A stretch of 64,000 bases of DNA from positions 10,376,101 to 10,440,100 of the forward strand of contig NC_092677.1 in the NCBI RefSeq assembly GCF_964355755.1, given 5' to 3'. A program made the translations under genes and the position numbers. The DNA comes from Antedon mediterranea. Its lineage: Eukaryota > Animalia > Echinodermata. Position 1 is the first letter of the stretch. Every line of letters starts with the position of its first letter. A model generated the notes under the pieces. That model searched no databases and had not been told where the DNA came from. It saw only the letters and a list, made by a program, of their open reading frames with translations. Of this stretch, positions 52,619-64,000 are shown one piece after another.

Positions 52619-52913
52619 GGACAATTTTCGAGAGTCCAGAATAATTCTGGAGAGTCTAGGACAATTCTGGAAAGTCCAAGACAAATCTGGAGAGTTCAGG
52701 AAAATTCTGGAGAGTTCAAGACAATTCTGGAGAGTTCAAGACAATTCTGGAGAGTCCAAGACAATTCTGGAGAGTCCAGGACAATTCTGGAAAGTCCAAG
52801 ACAATTCTGGAGAGTCTAAGACAATTCTGGAGAGTACAGGACAATTCTGGAGAGTCCAGGACAAATCTGGACAGTCCAGGACAAATCTTGAGAGTCCAGG
52901 ACAATTCTGGAGA
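52619..52913. repeat. 20-bp minisatellite (ggacaattctggagagtcca)n, about 14-15 units
   Basis: Direct tandem array with point variants. Confidence 0.95.
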
Positions 52914-53353
52914 CAAAATATACTTATTTAAATTCATTAGGCCATTAAAGTACTGATGTACTTTTTCACAAAAACTAGACACAGACAATGATATTTTTAG
53001 ATTTTATTTCACAAACCTGAATTTTATCTGTTATGAACAGATAAGAAGTACTATCATAAATGTTACAAATTTCGATGAAAAAGAACCCTATCTTTATAAA
53101 TATAATACGCTTGAAACCATAAACGCACATTGATTGTTGTACTGCTCTTGAAAGACCCATAAGTACAGAAATTAACTATTTTGCTGCTAGATTTTTTCAT
53201 AACCATAATAACAACGTTGATTTATTTACACATTCGTTCATGAATGATGCATATATTATTGTTCATTTTAACAAATATTTACAATTTATACAATTATATT
53301 ATAGAAATATATTTTATACATATAAACAGATTCTGTAATGCCTTTTATTTTAA

Positions 53354-53785
53354 AGAGCCATATGTACCCTAATTATCGGCAAATCAAAATATAAACAGAC
53401 TTCAGTTTCAAAACTTAATTAATTTTTTTGTATTACCTCGGTATAATAATTTTATGGCACGCAACTTGACACCTGTTGAGTAAAAAAGTCTTCCTGATAA
53501 GCGCTTATTCGACTGGCGCATCAGGAAAAACAAAAGGTTGCTATTATCAAATAATGATATGCTGTTTTCATAATGAATCTTACAGTAAGTAGTAAAGTAT
53601 AACCTTTGACATCTTAAAAATGTGTAGTTTTTGAAAATTTGCATACCGAGGTACAGGTATTTTAAATGTTAGTCTCAAAGATTGCTTGCCATCACATGGT
53701 GGTAGGTTTTTTTGTCTTATTGAAATCTCACGATTAGCAGCTAAGTGGTCTAGTTGCTAAAACACGTTTCGGAAATAATTGTTCT
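53354..53785. mobile_element. Possible old TTAA-flanked (Kolobok-like) element
   Basis: TTAA on both sides and AG...CT termini, but only weak TIR similarity (AGAGCCATATGTACC vs AGAACAATTATTTCC). Confidence 0.35.
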
Positions 53786-55062
53786 TTAAATATTTGCATT
53801 AGATCATTTTATGTATAGCATGTGCTCGTTGTTATCTACAAAACACATTCTTCATTTGCGAATCCTTTAAGTCAGATTTTTTTTTATTTGTAAGAACATC
53901 ATAGTTAACATAGCGCAAACAAAATTGAAAGAAAAATTGTCTAGAACTTAAGTGTTTAAATCCAGACAATCAAAGTAGTCGTCACGATGTCTTCCGTCTA
54001 TCCCTACTTTACCTGTGTCTGTATTGGACCATTCCATTTCTTTCAAAGGGGTGTTAATAATTATGGTAAATTCTGATGTCATAAATAAAAAATATATATT
54101 TGTTTGTTTTTTTTTTGCAAATTAGAATTATAATTTGAATAAATTGGAAGCAAATTTATTTTAAATATTCATAAAACTAATTGATTTAAAGTTATTTCAA
54201 ATAAATATAAGCTAATAATCTATTACAGAAAATGCTCAATCTTTTATAGTTAGAATAACTATTGTATATTGTTAAAGTATACAGTGTACCAGTGCATATA
54301 CTGTAGCTGTAGTAAGATTTAATTTCTTTACAAAATGTAAAATAATTGTGTTTTATGGAGAACTTTTGAAATAAACCAATAGAGGAACTAACATGATTAA
54401 AACAAACTGGGGAAAAAAAATTAGACATTTTAAACTAAACTGTAAAGACAGCCAATAAAAAAAAAATGGTTTTGATATAAATGAAATAAAGTTGATTGTT
54501 ATTTGTCTAGCCAATTTGACATAATACTTACCTACAATATATCATTTTGAATGAAATGAATGTTTTACTTTGCATTAAAATATTTGAAGTTACTGATAGT
54601 TTATGGTAATAGACTCTATCCAATTAATGAGGGGGGGGGGGGGAGGGGTAGATAATTGTTAGAAAACCATTAAAAGGGATTTACACGTGTATGACATGTT
54701 CTAACACACATCATTTTGACATTTTTCTGCCAATTTTCTTTTTGTCATTGTCGATAACTTTTGATAATGTCGTTGCTATGCATGCATTTGAACCCAATGT
54801 TTCTATTTTGTTTCTGTTGTACAACTACCAAACTATTTATATAGCTCTATATGAGAATGCTTAAATGATCACAGTTAAATCTTTGATCATCGACACGAGT
54901 AGGTATAAAATCGTGATTATTTGGTTAAAGAAATTCCAACTTGATACTGAACTAACATTTGAATATGCCTGAGAGGGTAAACTTACTTATCAAGAGATAT
55001 GTCTAGCAGTAAAAGAATAAAATATGTTAGACAAAGTAAACAAACTAGATATGATACGGATA

Positions 55063-55251
55063 CAGCTGTACAAGCTATGTAATGATAGCGGCATTTATGT
55101 GCAGTTGTTAGGCATGTTTATAATGTCAAAGACGTGGGTTCAAATCTAGAATGCTGTAGATATCAAAGACAAGTCAGGCTAACTGAAAGTCTGAAAGGTT
55201 ACAGATAAAGCTGAACAAGCTATGTAATCATAGCGGAATTTATGTGTAGTT
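55063..55251. repeat. ~45-bp direct repeat pair about 147 bp apart
   Basis: agctg.acaagctatgtaat.atagcgg.atttatgtg.agttg occurs twice. Confidence 0.7.
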
Positions 55252-57169
55252 GATATGCTCGTTTTAATGTCATTGTCTTAACTTTGTTATATTTTTACAT
55301 ATTTTTTCCCCTAAACCTTGAAGAAGTACACTTAATCAACTTTCTTAACTATCTTGACTAAAGCAAAATGATTGATAAATACTACCAGTCCAGGTAAAGA
55401 AGATGAGAATTGGCAGAAATAGAACTACTTCTTCTGCCAATAGATGACAGAGAAAGGTTATTGCATCTGACATCTTCTACTATAACTTCTGCTTCAATAG
55501 TCTTTGTTTGGAGGTCCCACGTTGGTCACTCTTGGGATGTTTAACAGACCAATAGAGATCATCATCCATCCATTTCTCATAGACACATTAGTATGGTACC
55601 TGGGGAAAGAACATAAACAATTAAAATGTGTAATCAAAGGGAATAAAATGGCTATGCAACAGGCAAATATTAATTTTTTGTTTACGTAAGCCATTTATTA
55701 TGGCACGCGACAAAAGATAATATTGGATGATTTGGTCGGCATCGTGAATGGTTAATAAAATTCGCAGGAACATTTACCAACAGCGTTTATGCAATTTATT
55801 TGCTTGCTATATATTCATAATTGCAGTGAGTTTTATCCGGAATTGTTGTATATGTTTATATTATTATAATATCCACAGAAACAGCATATTTGTCTTGTCA
55901 AGAATAGTCTATTTATAGATCTGTGACATTTATTGTCTCAATTTAAAATGAAAGCAAAAATTCTTATTTGAAAACGTAGGTAACAAAGTAACATACATAA
56001 TACAGTGTGTAAAAGCTACCTAAGGAGTTGTTCAAATTCAATATATCAACTGACAAAGGTTGCTATATAGATGTGAAAGAAAGCTCATGTGCATTGAATG
56101 TTAGTACACTTGTAAACCTATAATCGCATAATAAGATTTCATAGTGGAAATAAGATGTATCAAGAAATTACCTAATATAGTTAGCAGCCCTGCAAAGAAA
56201 CAAATATATACTATATATATAAATATATACAGCAACAATATCATTTATATATTGACTTTCTAAGGGCTTTACATGCATTTTTAAGGGTTTGTGTTAAATA
56301 CTTTGATACTGTTACAACACAAATGCAATATATAAAAAAAACTTTGTAGGAACAAAAAACATTCCTTAACGGAATATGCATTACTAGGGTTAGATTGGAC
56401 ATGAACTGTGAAAGTGCCAAGTTAAAAAATGTGCGCTCTCTCACCTCTGCTGAAACTTTACCAGTCATAAAACTTCAGAACCAGACATAGTCTCATAAAA
56501 CTATGGACGCTGCCAACAGATAAAGCAAAAAATACAGCTTCTTATAATTATATTGTGGTTTAACCTGTGTCTATAGAATTGGAAATCTAAACTGGGGGGT
56601 AACGTTCATTTCCTTTTTCCAATGTTGATCATTTGGGATTTATTCAACACGTTTATTTTGGGAATAAACACACCAAAAGAATTAGCGTAACCCTTGAAAA
56701 CAGATTGATATGTCACTTTCAAGTCATACAAAATCTTCACCTCTTTGAAACGACACGTTGTTCTGTCGTTAACTTTGTACAAAATCTAGATCACTTTGCC
56801 TGAAACATTCACAAAAAACAACAAGCAAATGAAATAAGAAAAACAAAATGAAATCCAGGTAGCCATTAAGTATTTGTTTGATTTTATTATTGCAAGTTAG
56901 GCTATTTTTATTTATTAGGCCTACTACAGATATTCATACATTTCATGTCGATCAATATGATATATATATACCTATATATAAACACATCAGGCAAAGAACA
57001 TCAATTCTAAACCGCCCGGTGATATACTGAAATTTAATTAATTAATTTGAAACGATAAAGATGAGGAAATCTTTATCTTTATATATATATATAAGTGATG
57101 ACCTCCCATACATCTATAACATCATCCAGGCACAGAAAAATAAGAGGGAAGGAAGGAGACAGGGGGGCC

Positions 57170-57316
57170 ATCATCAACAACGTAGTGAAACACAGTGCAC
57201 AACAACAATGTGGTGATGTCATACTAATGTCATTGGGGACAGTGGGCAATCATCAACAACGTAGTGAAACACAGTGCACAACAACATTGAGGTGATGTCA
57301 TACTAATGTCATTGGA
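57170..57316. repeat. 79-bp tandem duplication
   Basis: atcatcaacaacgtagtgaaacacagtgcacaacaaca...cattgg at 57170 and 57249. Confidence 0.9.
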
Positions 57317-58569
57317 TTAACAACTGTTTATAGATTTAGAAGTTCTCAACAGCATTCATGTTTTAGATTTATTATTTTCTATTATTATTCATTTCAATTC
57401 TGTAAATTCTTCACACCTCAACAAATCCATTCATACTGTGTTTTTATTAAAATCTTCTAATGTCATAAACATAATGCTGAAACCAGACAGACTGAAAAGT
57501 GATCATAAATTTTGTAATTACTTTTAGAAAGTTAATTAAAATGACGGAAAGAGATAGTACAACAAAAGAGACGAGGATTTAAAACGCTGTCCTGCATTGT
57601 GAGTGGAGAATAATGGGAAGCTACAGTAACAATTACATAATGTGAACGTAAAAAGATACCCCATGAGGTCCTTGACTTAGGGTGGCGAGACATGCTGTGG
57701 GTAAATCAATAGCACAACACACAGTAGACAGGTATGGATCAATGATATACATGGCCTAGAAAGCGGTTGCGACCAATCAATGAAGTCCCACATCGACAAA
57801 CTCAGTTTCTCATATAACTCTCTATTGATCCACATAGCTAGCTAGCTATGTTTGTATTTGTTTAAAAGCTGGATCAATATCTTTGTCCTGTAGTGAACCA
57901 TGAAATAAATGTACCCAATGTTGCAGGTGTGGGGTCTTTAGTATTTCTGGTGTCTGGTTTAACGGATCTCTATCCAGTTTGGCTGGATTAACCGAGATGA
58001 AACCCTTATAATTGGCGACAATAACATTTTATGCTCGGTTAACTGTGTTAATTATGTAGACAGCTCTATGATAATAATAGATATATCTTTATACTGAATA
58101 TATATGTATATTATAATAATATTATAATAACTAAAAATAAAATGTGTACGTGACGAATTGAAATGTATGAATGTTTACAGACTCACTGCTTTACATAAAA
58201 AAATTAAAAAAACTTTAATGCTTGTAAATTTGCTCGAGCAAATGAATTCTTTTTTGGAAATCAATATAGTTTTACGGATTACTGATGAACTGTGATATAA
58301 GTGTGAAATAACGAAATAGTTTGTGACCCGAGTCTGTCTGGGAGTCCGGTTAGGTTGTCAACATTCTGGTAACCCATGTAATTTCTACTAATTTTGCCAG
58401 AAAATAGATAGTTTTTCAAAAGCTGTGTAATGTACTTGGTATCAAGTCTGGGAATGTTCAACTGAAAAATTTGAACCATGATTATAACTGCAATAAACGC
58501 ACATTTTATAGTGATCATGCACTATGCATAAAATAAAGAGGTTGTTAATTTGATTGTTTTTCTACAAAT

Positions 58570-58669
58570 TCCATTGTGGTATAACGGGTAGTGCTCTAAT
58601 AACTATCGTTTGAATTCTCTTAGCTCTGTTTAGCTGGGGTTCGAACCTCTACGAAACCCTTTTTTTTTT
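58570..58669 (+). pseudogene. tRNA-derived SINE head or tRNA pseudogene
   Basis: A-box-like TGGTATAACGG (58577), B-box GGTTCGAACC (58638) and a T10 run. No clean cloverleaf is visible. Confidence 0.45.
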
Positions 58670-59129
58670 GATGGAGTAAGAGCAGTTTTCTGTTTGGGCT
58701 CATGCCTATTACTTGCTCCTGGCAAGATGAATTGTAAAATGTACTTTATGAACTTTTGCCGAATAAATATTATTATTATTATTATTATTATTAAACCCAT
58801 TCTAATTATGACACACTTATTTGTGTATCATTGTATTGAATATGCAATGTACAGTACCTCTATACTAACTACTCTTACCACCATGTAATGTCACGACAAT
58901 AAAACAGATACAACCGCTCTCAAACCGCAGACAAGGGTATCAAAATACGGGTCAGTATGCGGTTAACCACAAACAATTAACTAATATTACTTTTTTATAG
59001 TGAAGCCTATTAGGCCCAGACAAAAATAATAAATTTTATAAATACCAGAATGTCAGCTCAGACAGATATCAAACAGATATTGGGAAATGACAGAAGGTAA
59101 GTCTCGGATTAAGATAAAATCATTTTAAT

Positions 59130-59388
59130 AAATAGGTCTAAGATTAAGGTCTGAGATTGAGATAAAAATATAGTAAAAAGTGTGGGATTAAGACAAATTA
59201 AAAGGTCTGACATTGAAATAAAAATAGAGTATAATAGGTCTGGGATTGAGATAAAAATATAGTATAATAGGTCTGGGATTGAGATAAAAAAATATAGCAA
59301 AAAGTATGGGATTAAAAAAATCTGAATAGGTCTGGGATTGAGTTAAAAATATAGTATAATAGGTCTGGGATTGAGATAAAAATATAGA
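59130..59388. repeat. Degenerate ~33-bp tandem repeat (aataggtctgggattgagataaaaatatagtat)
   Basis: Clear units at 59233, 59266, 59326 and 59359, with more degenerate units upstream. Confidence 0.8.
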
Positions 59389-59939
59389 AATAAAGATAAG
59401 ATTATTTTCTATTACCGAGAGCAGTTCATTGGCAAGTTTATGGTAATATAATTGTTATGTGTGTCATGGTCAAATCAACAGAGTATCAAGGCACCTGAGG
59501 AAATGTAGGCAGAGAAACATAAGCAATTACATAATCGAGTTATGCTCTTCCTGGTTGGCAGTAAGCAGGCTCTCACAATTATCACTTTAGACATGTGAAA
59601 TGGCGCCTAATGCACAACAACATGACAAATGTAAACAGTTCAGTGCATGTAGTTTAAATCTTTTTAAACTTTTGTAAAAATACAAAAAATATTGGAATAT
59701 ATAAAATATATATAATTTGAAACTGAAAGGCAACTAAAACAACCACCCAATAATATACTGGAAATTAATTTATAAATGGTAAAGAGGAAATCTGTGAGAA
59801 TGAGAAAAGCTGCTAGTAATCAATATTATGAAAGACCCCACTCATCCGTTACATTACTGTTATAACTTAAATAGATCAGGTTTTAGGCTTCGACCTCCAA
59901 GAGCAAATCTTTGTAGAACTAGAAAATCCTTCGTTGTAA

Positions 59940-60182
59940 ATAGCATTCATATTTTTAATTCTAATGTAAGACGATAATGCAATTTTTAAATAGTTTTACA
60001 TCTTTAACAGTTTTTTTATTTTTAACTTTTTATCTTGTATTTTAATCTGTTATAATACTGCACGTTTTAATATTGTTGCAACATTTTTTATGTTTGTTTT
60101 TTATTGTTGTTTTAATCTACCAAGCAAGTGAATTTCCATTTTTATGGACAAATAAAATTTCTTGAATCTTGAATCTTGAATC
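59940..60182 (+). mobile_element. Retroposon 3' UTR and tail
   Basis: T-rich UTR, atggacaaataaa and a (tcttgaa)x3 tail. The left boundary is approximate. Confidence 0.5.
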
Positions 60183-61214
60183 ATGCAAGCATTAGACCAC
60201 TGGGATTTCATGGTATTATTTCTGTATAGTTCTTATTCTATACAAAGTTCAACAACCAATTAAAACAAATGCTAATGATAAGAAACAGTGTTAATTAAAA
60301 CATATTTTGAACAAAATTAACAAATAAAAATAATCTATTGTATAAAAATTAAAAAAGTAGTTCCAAATGGTAAAGGTTATATAAATATGGAGTACAATTT
60401 TTTTTATAATATCAATAATTGTACAACAATTTTTATATGTAAAATCACAGAAAAAAATAAGTAAGACTACAATCACTGCCTAGATTGAATGCCTTTACCA
60501 GGTGTTGTAATAATCTAATAATATATTTTAGCCCTAATATAAATAATATCATGGCAACCCATCCTCACTGGGGGTCCCCTTCTCACATCCCGTTTGAACA
60601 TTATTCATCAGACTTTGTTGTTGCAAAAAGTACAAAGGGTGGCAGACAGCTGACCCATATATGTGTCTGTCTGGAACCATGTGGTTATTGATGGTGATCT
60701 CGCCATGTGGAGTGTAATTGGTTCTGTCTGGCATGAGACATCGCACTCCATGAGCATCTCATGAATCGAAAACAGGACTGTTGTCCGTCCTCACATAAAT
60801 GAAACATACCTGGAGCTTGCTGCACATCACATTCAATGTTCCGTAAACAAGCATGCAAAAATTCGCCAGGGGCTTTTCGGATGTAAGCCAAAAAAAATTT
60901 GGAAGTTGTTGATAGAAAATCTATTCAATTACTGGAATATTATAATAGAAAATTACTGTTCCTGGTAGCCTAGTTAGAAGTTGGTATAACATAAATAAAC
61001 TAACCTAGATATGTAAGTTGGGTTATTAGATTAGATGTAGAGATATGGGTAAAAAATGAAGTATGGATTTTTTTTCAGTTGTTGTCATGGTATAGCTGAC
61101 ACAAAGGAAAATACATTTTAAAGGTTGATTAAGAATTTAGTTAATTTGTATATATTAATTAGACTTTTGATGCAAAATAGCACTAAGATAGCATGGATAG
61201 GGTGATGGGGTAAC

Positions 61215-61475
61215 AAAGAACAAACCAGGAAGGAGAAAAATGAACCATGAATGAGAAGAAATAACCCTACATAAGAGGAAGCATAAAGGAAAGAAGGAAC
61301 CAGGAAGGAAAAGAAGGAACCAGGAAGGAAAAGAAGGAATCATGAAGGAAAAGAAGTAACTCAGTAGAATGAAAAAGGAAGGAAGTGAAATGATAGAAAG
61401 AAAAAAAGGAACCAAGAAGGAGAGGAACCATCAGTGAAAGAAGTAACAAGTCAGGAGGGGATCTATAAGAGAAGT
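61215..61475. repeat. Purine-rich low-complexity tract with aagaaggaaccaggaaggaa repeats
   Basis: Strong A/G skew; it explains the Phe/Ser/Leu-rich pseudo-ORFs on the minus strand. Confidence 0.8.
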
Positions 61476-62375
61476 AACTCTCCACTAGACGACCTTCCTA
61501 ATAAAGAGAACAAGAATCTAAATCATAATATAACATAGATTCACACTCAAACTCATATTTAATCTGTCACAATTAAATGTTAAAAGTATTGTGCCTCTTA
61601 TCTGTTTGATGTCAACATTGTCAAGAGTGCTAAACAATGATGACAACCAACACTATTGTTGTTGAGCAGTATGTACAATGTATCTTTTATTTCAAACATG
61701 CAATTTTGAACATTAATCATGATTTTACACAATGTTTGGCAATGTGAAGTGGAGCTATGTGTTGATGGGGTTAGAAGTATTCAAAACACTACAGCTGTCT
61801 CTATTTAAATTAACTGAGGTATTTATAAGACGTAGACATGAAGTACCCGGGGAAGAGTTATTGACTCTTTTCTGGTGCATCCGTTCCCCACTATGAACGC
61901 TGTCCAAGTTGTAGACTCTGGGCTTAATTTAATTGTAGTTGCTTGGTAGTTCAGTCTCTAAAACATTGGTGACTCTACTTTACAGTAGCAACGGCCACAT
62001 AATTTTATTAAGCATAGTTAAAAATGTAAGGAAACTAGTGTCTCACAGGCCTGGTAGTTTGATTCAATTAGTGAATGTGCATTAATATGGAGTTTGTAGA
62101 CTGTAGATGATATTTAATTAAAAACATTACTGTCGGTAGAAATAAATTAACAGAAGTTGAGAAATTATTATTAAAGCATTTGGTTGTGTTTATATTTTCA
62201 TAAATATTTTGAAAGAAAACACACAAAGTTGATACCTGTATCAAATTTCATGACAACACAAGTATCGGATAACACCTAACAACATGCAGCTTGGAACATT
62301 CCCAGCCGTATGAGGGTGCTACAATGAATGTTTTGACAAGCGAAGTAAAATTTGTTTGAAGTTTTGTATTATGCT

Positions 62376-62587
62376 GACAACTTTGTCATGTAATAAACCA
62401 GAAAGACAACTTTGTCATGTAATAAACCAGAAAGACAACTTTGTCATGTAATAAACCAGAAAGACAACTTTGTCATGTAATAAACCAGAAAGACAACTTT
62501 GTCATGTAATAAACCAGAAAGACAACTTTGTCATGTAATAAACCAGAAAGACAACTTTGTCATGTAATAAACCAGAAAGACAACTTT
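62376..62587. repeat. 29-bp minisatellite (gacaactttgtcatgtaataaaccagaaa) x7 plus a partial unit
   Basis: Exact period 29, identical units, no spacers. Confidence 0.97.
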
Positions 62588-63322
62588 TTCAGTTAACTTA
62601 GTAAAGATATGGTGGCGAGTGGTAGGTTTTTTTTAAAAAAAGAAAATAAATTTGTTCGTAATATTACACTCAGGGGCGAGATAGAATCCACTTCCCTCTG
62701 TTGACAGACTGTAACTTTTTAATAATTAATAATTTAATATGAATCATGTAATTATATAAGAAATAAAGTAACAGTATACAAATATATTAATATCTTTACA
62801 TTCAATCTTTAATATTTTATGATATAAATACATTTTATAAGCCAATATAAAACCAGAAAATGAGACAATAAGAAGACATTAGAAACAATAAATTAGGAAA
62901 TTATGGGGACACAAGTGACGAATGCTAGCTTAACGATTAAATCATGTGAACATGTATTAATTTAATTCGTTAAGAGTCTTGCAAAACCCATTTCACGAGC
63001 AAAGTAACATTTTATTACCATCAGTCATTTGGAAAAGGGAGCTTAATAAAAGAAAAACCTGTCATTTAGTAGACATTATAAAATGTATTATGTCTGGAAG
63101 AAAAAACATTAAAAATGCTTTATGATCTTAGAATGGTCAAACATGAAAAGGATTGGTTTATATGAATGTTAAACAAATGTATTAGGAAAATGCTACTGTT
63201 GTTACAACATTGTCTACAAGGGAGAACACTAAACCTATAAAACTGTCTAGAGAACGGTCAGATAAAAATTACAAGAGGCTATTACGTTTGCTTCATGAGA
63301 AAACTTTCTAGTTATTATTGAT

Positions 63323-63471
63323 CATGTGAAAATAGTTCTTCTGCAGTTACTGCAGTAACTACATTTTTATTGCAAAAACATTTTATGGTGCTAACACTGT
63401 ACAAGCTTGCTGAATAAATGCATACAGGTTTAGAAAAAATGTAGTTACTGCAGTAAAATAAATTTTACATG
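63323..63471. mobile_element. Foldback-type MITE
   Basis: Ends catgtgaaaat / attttacatg, with internal perfect inverted arms ttactgcagtaactacattttt / aaaaatgtagttactgcagtaa. A related remnant lies near 46700-46815. Confidence 0.6.
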
Positions 63472-64000
63472 GTCCATTACTAGAATATATATTTTATAAG
63501 TTCTGTAGAATTTAAGAACATCTACAAAAACTGTTTTTATTATTTGAGGAAAAACCTCTATTTAGTATATTACGATTTTTGTTTGATGAAACTTGGCAGT
63601 TATTATTGCATTTAAAACAAATTGTGCAAAATGTTATAAACATTCTACTATAAAAACTGTTTTATATTTTAAATGGAGAAATAAAAATACTTTGATATTA
63701 ATACTAATGTTGCAACATTATCGAAATAGTATTTTATACTAGGATTGATTTCAGAATGTTGTGTAGAATTCTACAAACTTTTTAAAGTAATAATCAAAGT
63801 TCATTCAAAATCCTATGAGGTTATTACGGAATGTTGTGTGAAACGAACATAGCACTAATATTTTACAAACTTGCAAATGAAGATCAGTGCCAGCCAATCT
63901 TATAAGGTTAATTACAAAAGTTGCACAATTACAAATTGTAACAGAATGTAAAGAGTAATGTAAAAAAAGTCAAATTGGAAGGTGTACAATTCCTGAAATT

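Noticed and set aside
58281-58315. CTGATGA...GAAA hammerhead core candidate (also CTGATGA at 8797 and 52470)
   Set aside because: Stem II and stem I cannot be formed, or no GAAA follows.
58570-58669. Functional tRNA gene
   Set aside because: A and B boxes are present, but acceptor and anticodon stems cannot be paired; kept only as a SINE/pseudogene-like feature.
62376-62587. CRISPR-like 29-bp repeat with an internal palindrome
   Set aside because: Units are head-to-tail with no unique spacers, there are no cas genes, and the context is eukaryotic.

Overview
AT-rich (roughly 30% GC by eye), intron-rich, transposon-dense eukaryotic DNA. An invertebrate origin is an inference; it is not prokaryotic. 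Almost all ORFs in the supplied track are spurious. Two spliced genes could be rebuilt by hand, arranged head-to-head around an 838-bp intergenic region (41431-42268). (1) Plus strand: a complete 3-exon, 131-aa orthologue of CIMIP1/C20orf85 (ciliary microtubule inner protein), with an RFX X-box and a forkhead motif just upstream. (2) Minus strand: a gene encoding signal peptide + divergent CUB domain + Ser/Thr-rich stalk. Four phase-1 exons were found over about 27 kb; its 3' end is unresolved. The rest is non-autonomous DNA transposons (Harbinger-like, Tc2-like, Tc1/pogo-like, hAT-like, TTAA/Kolobok-like), LINE 3' ends, tRNA-derived SINE-like heads and minisatellites. The best leads are: a minimal Penelope-type hammerhead ribozyme with a compensatory A3-U8 core, in sense orientation inside the CUB-gene intron; an apparent window-wide excess and stacking of TACAGTA/TACTGTA and TAGGCCTA words resembling excision footprints; and a minisatellite grown from a MITE's own sub-terminal motif. 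No CRISPR array, rRNA gene or intact transposase was found.
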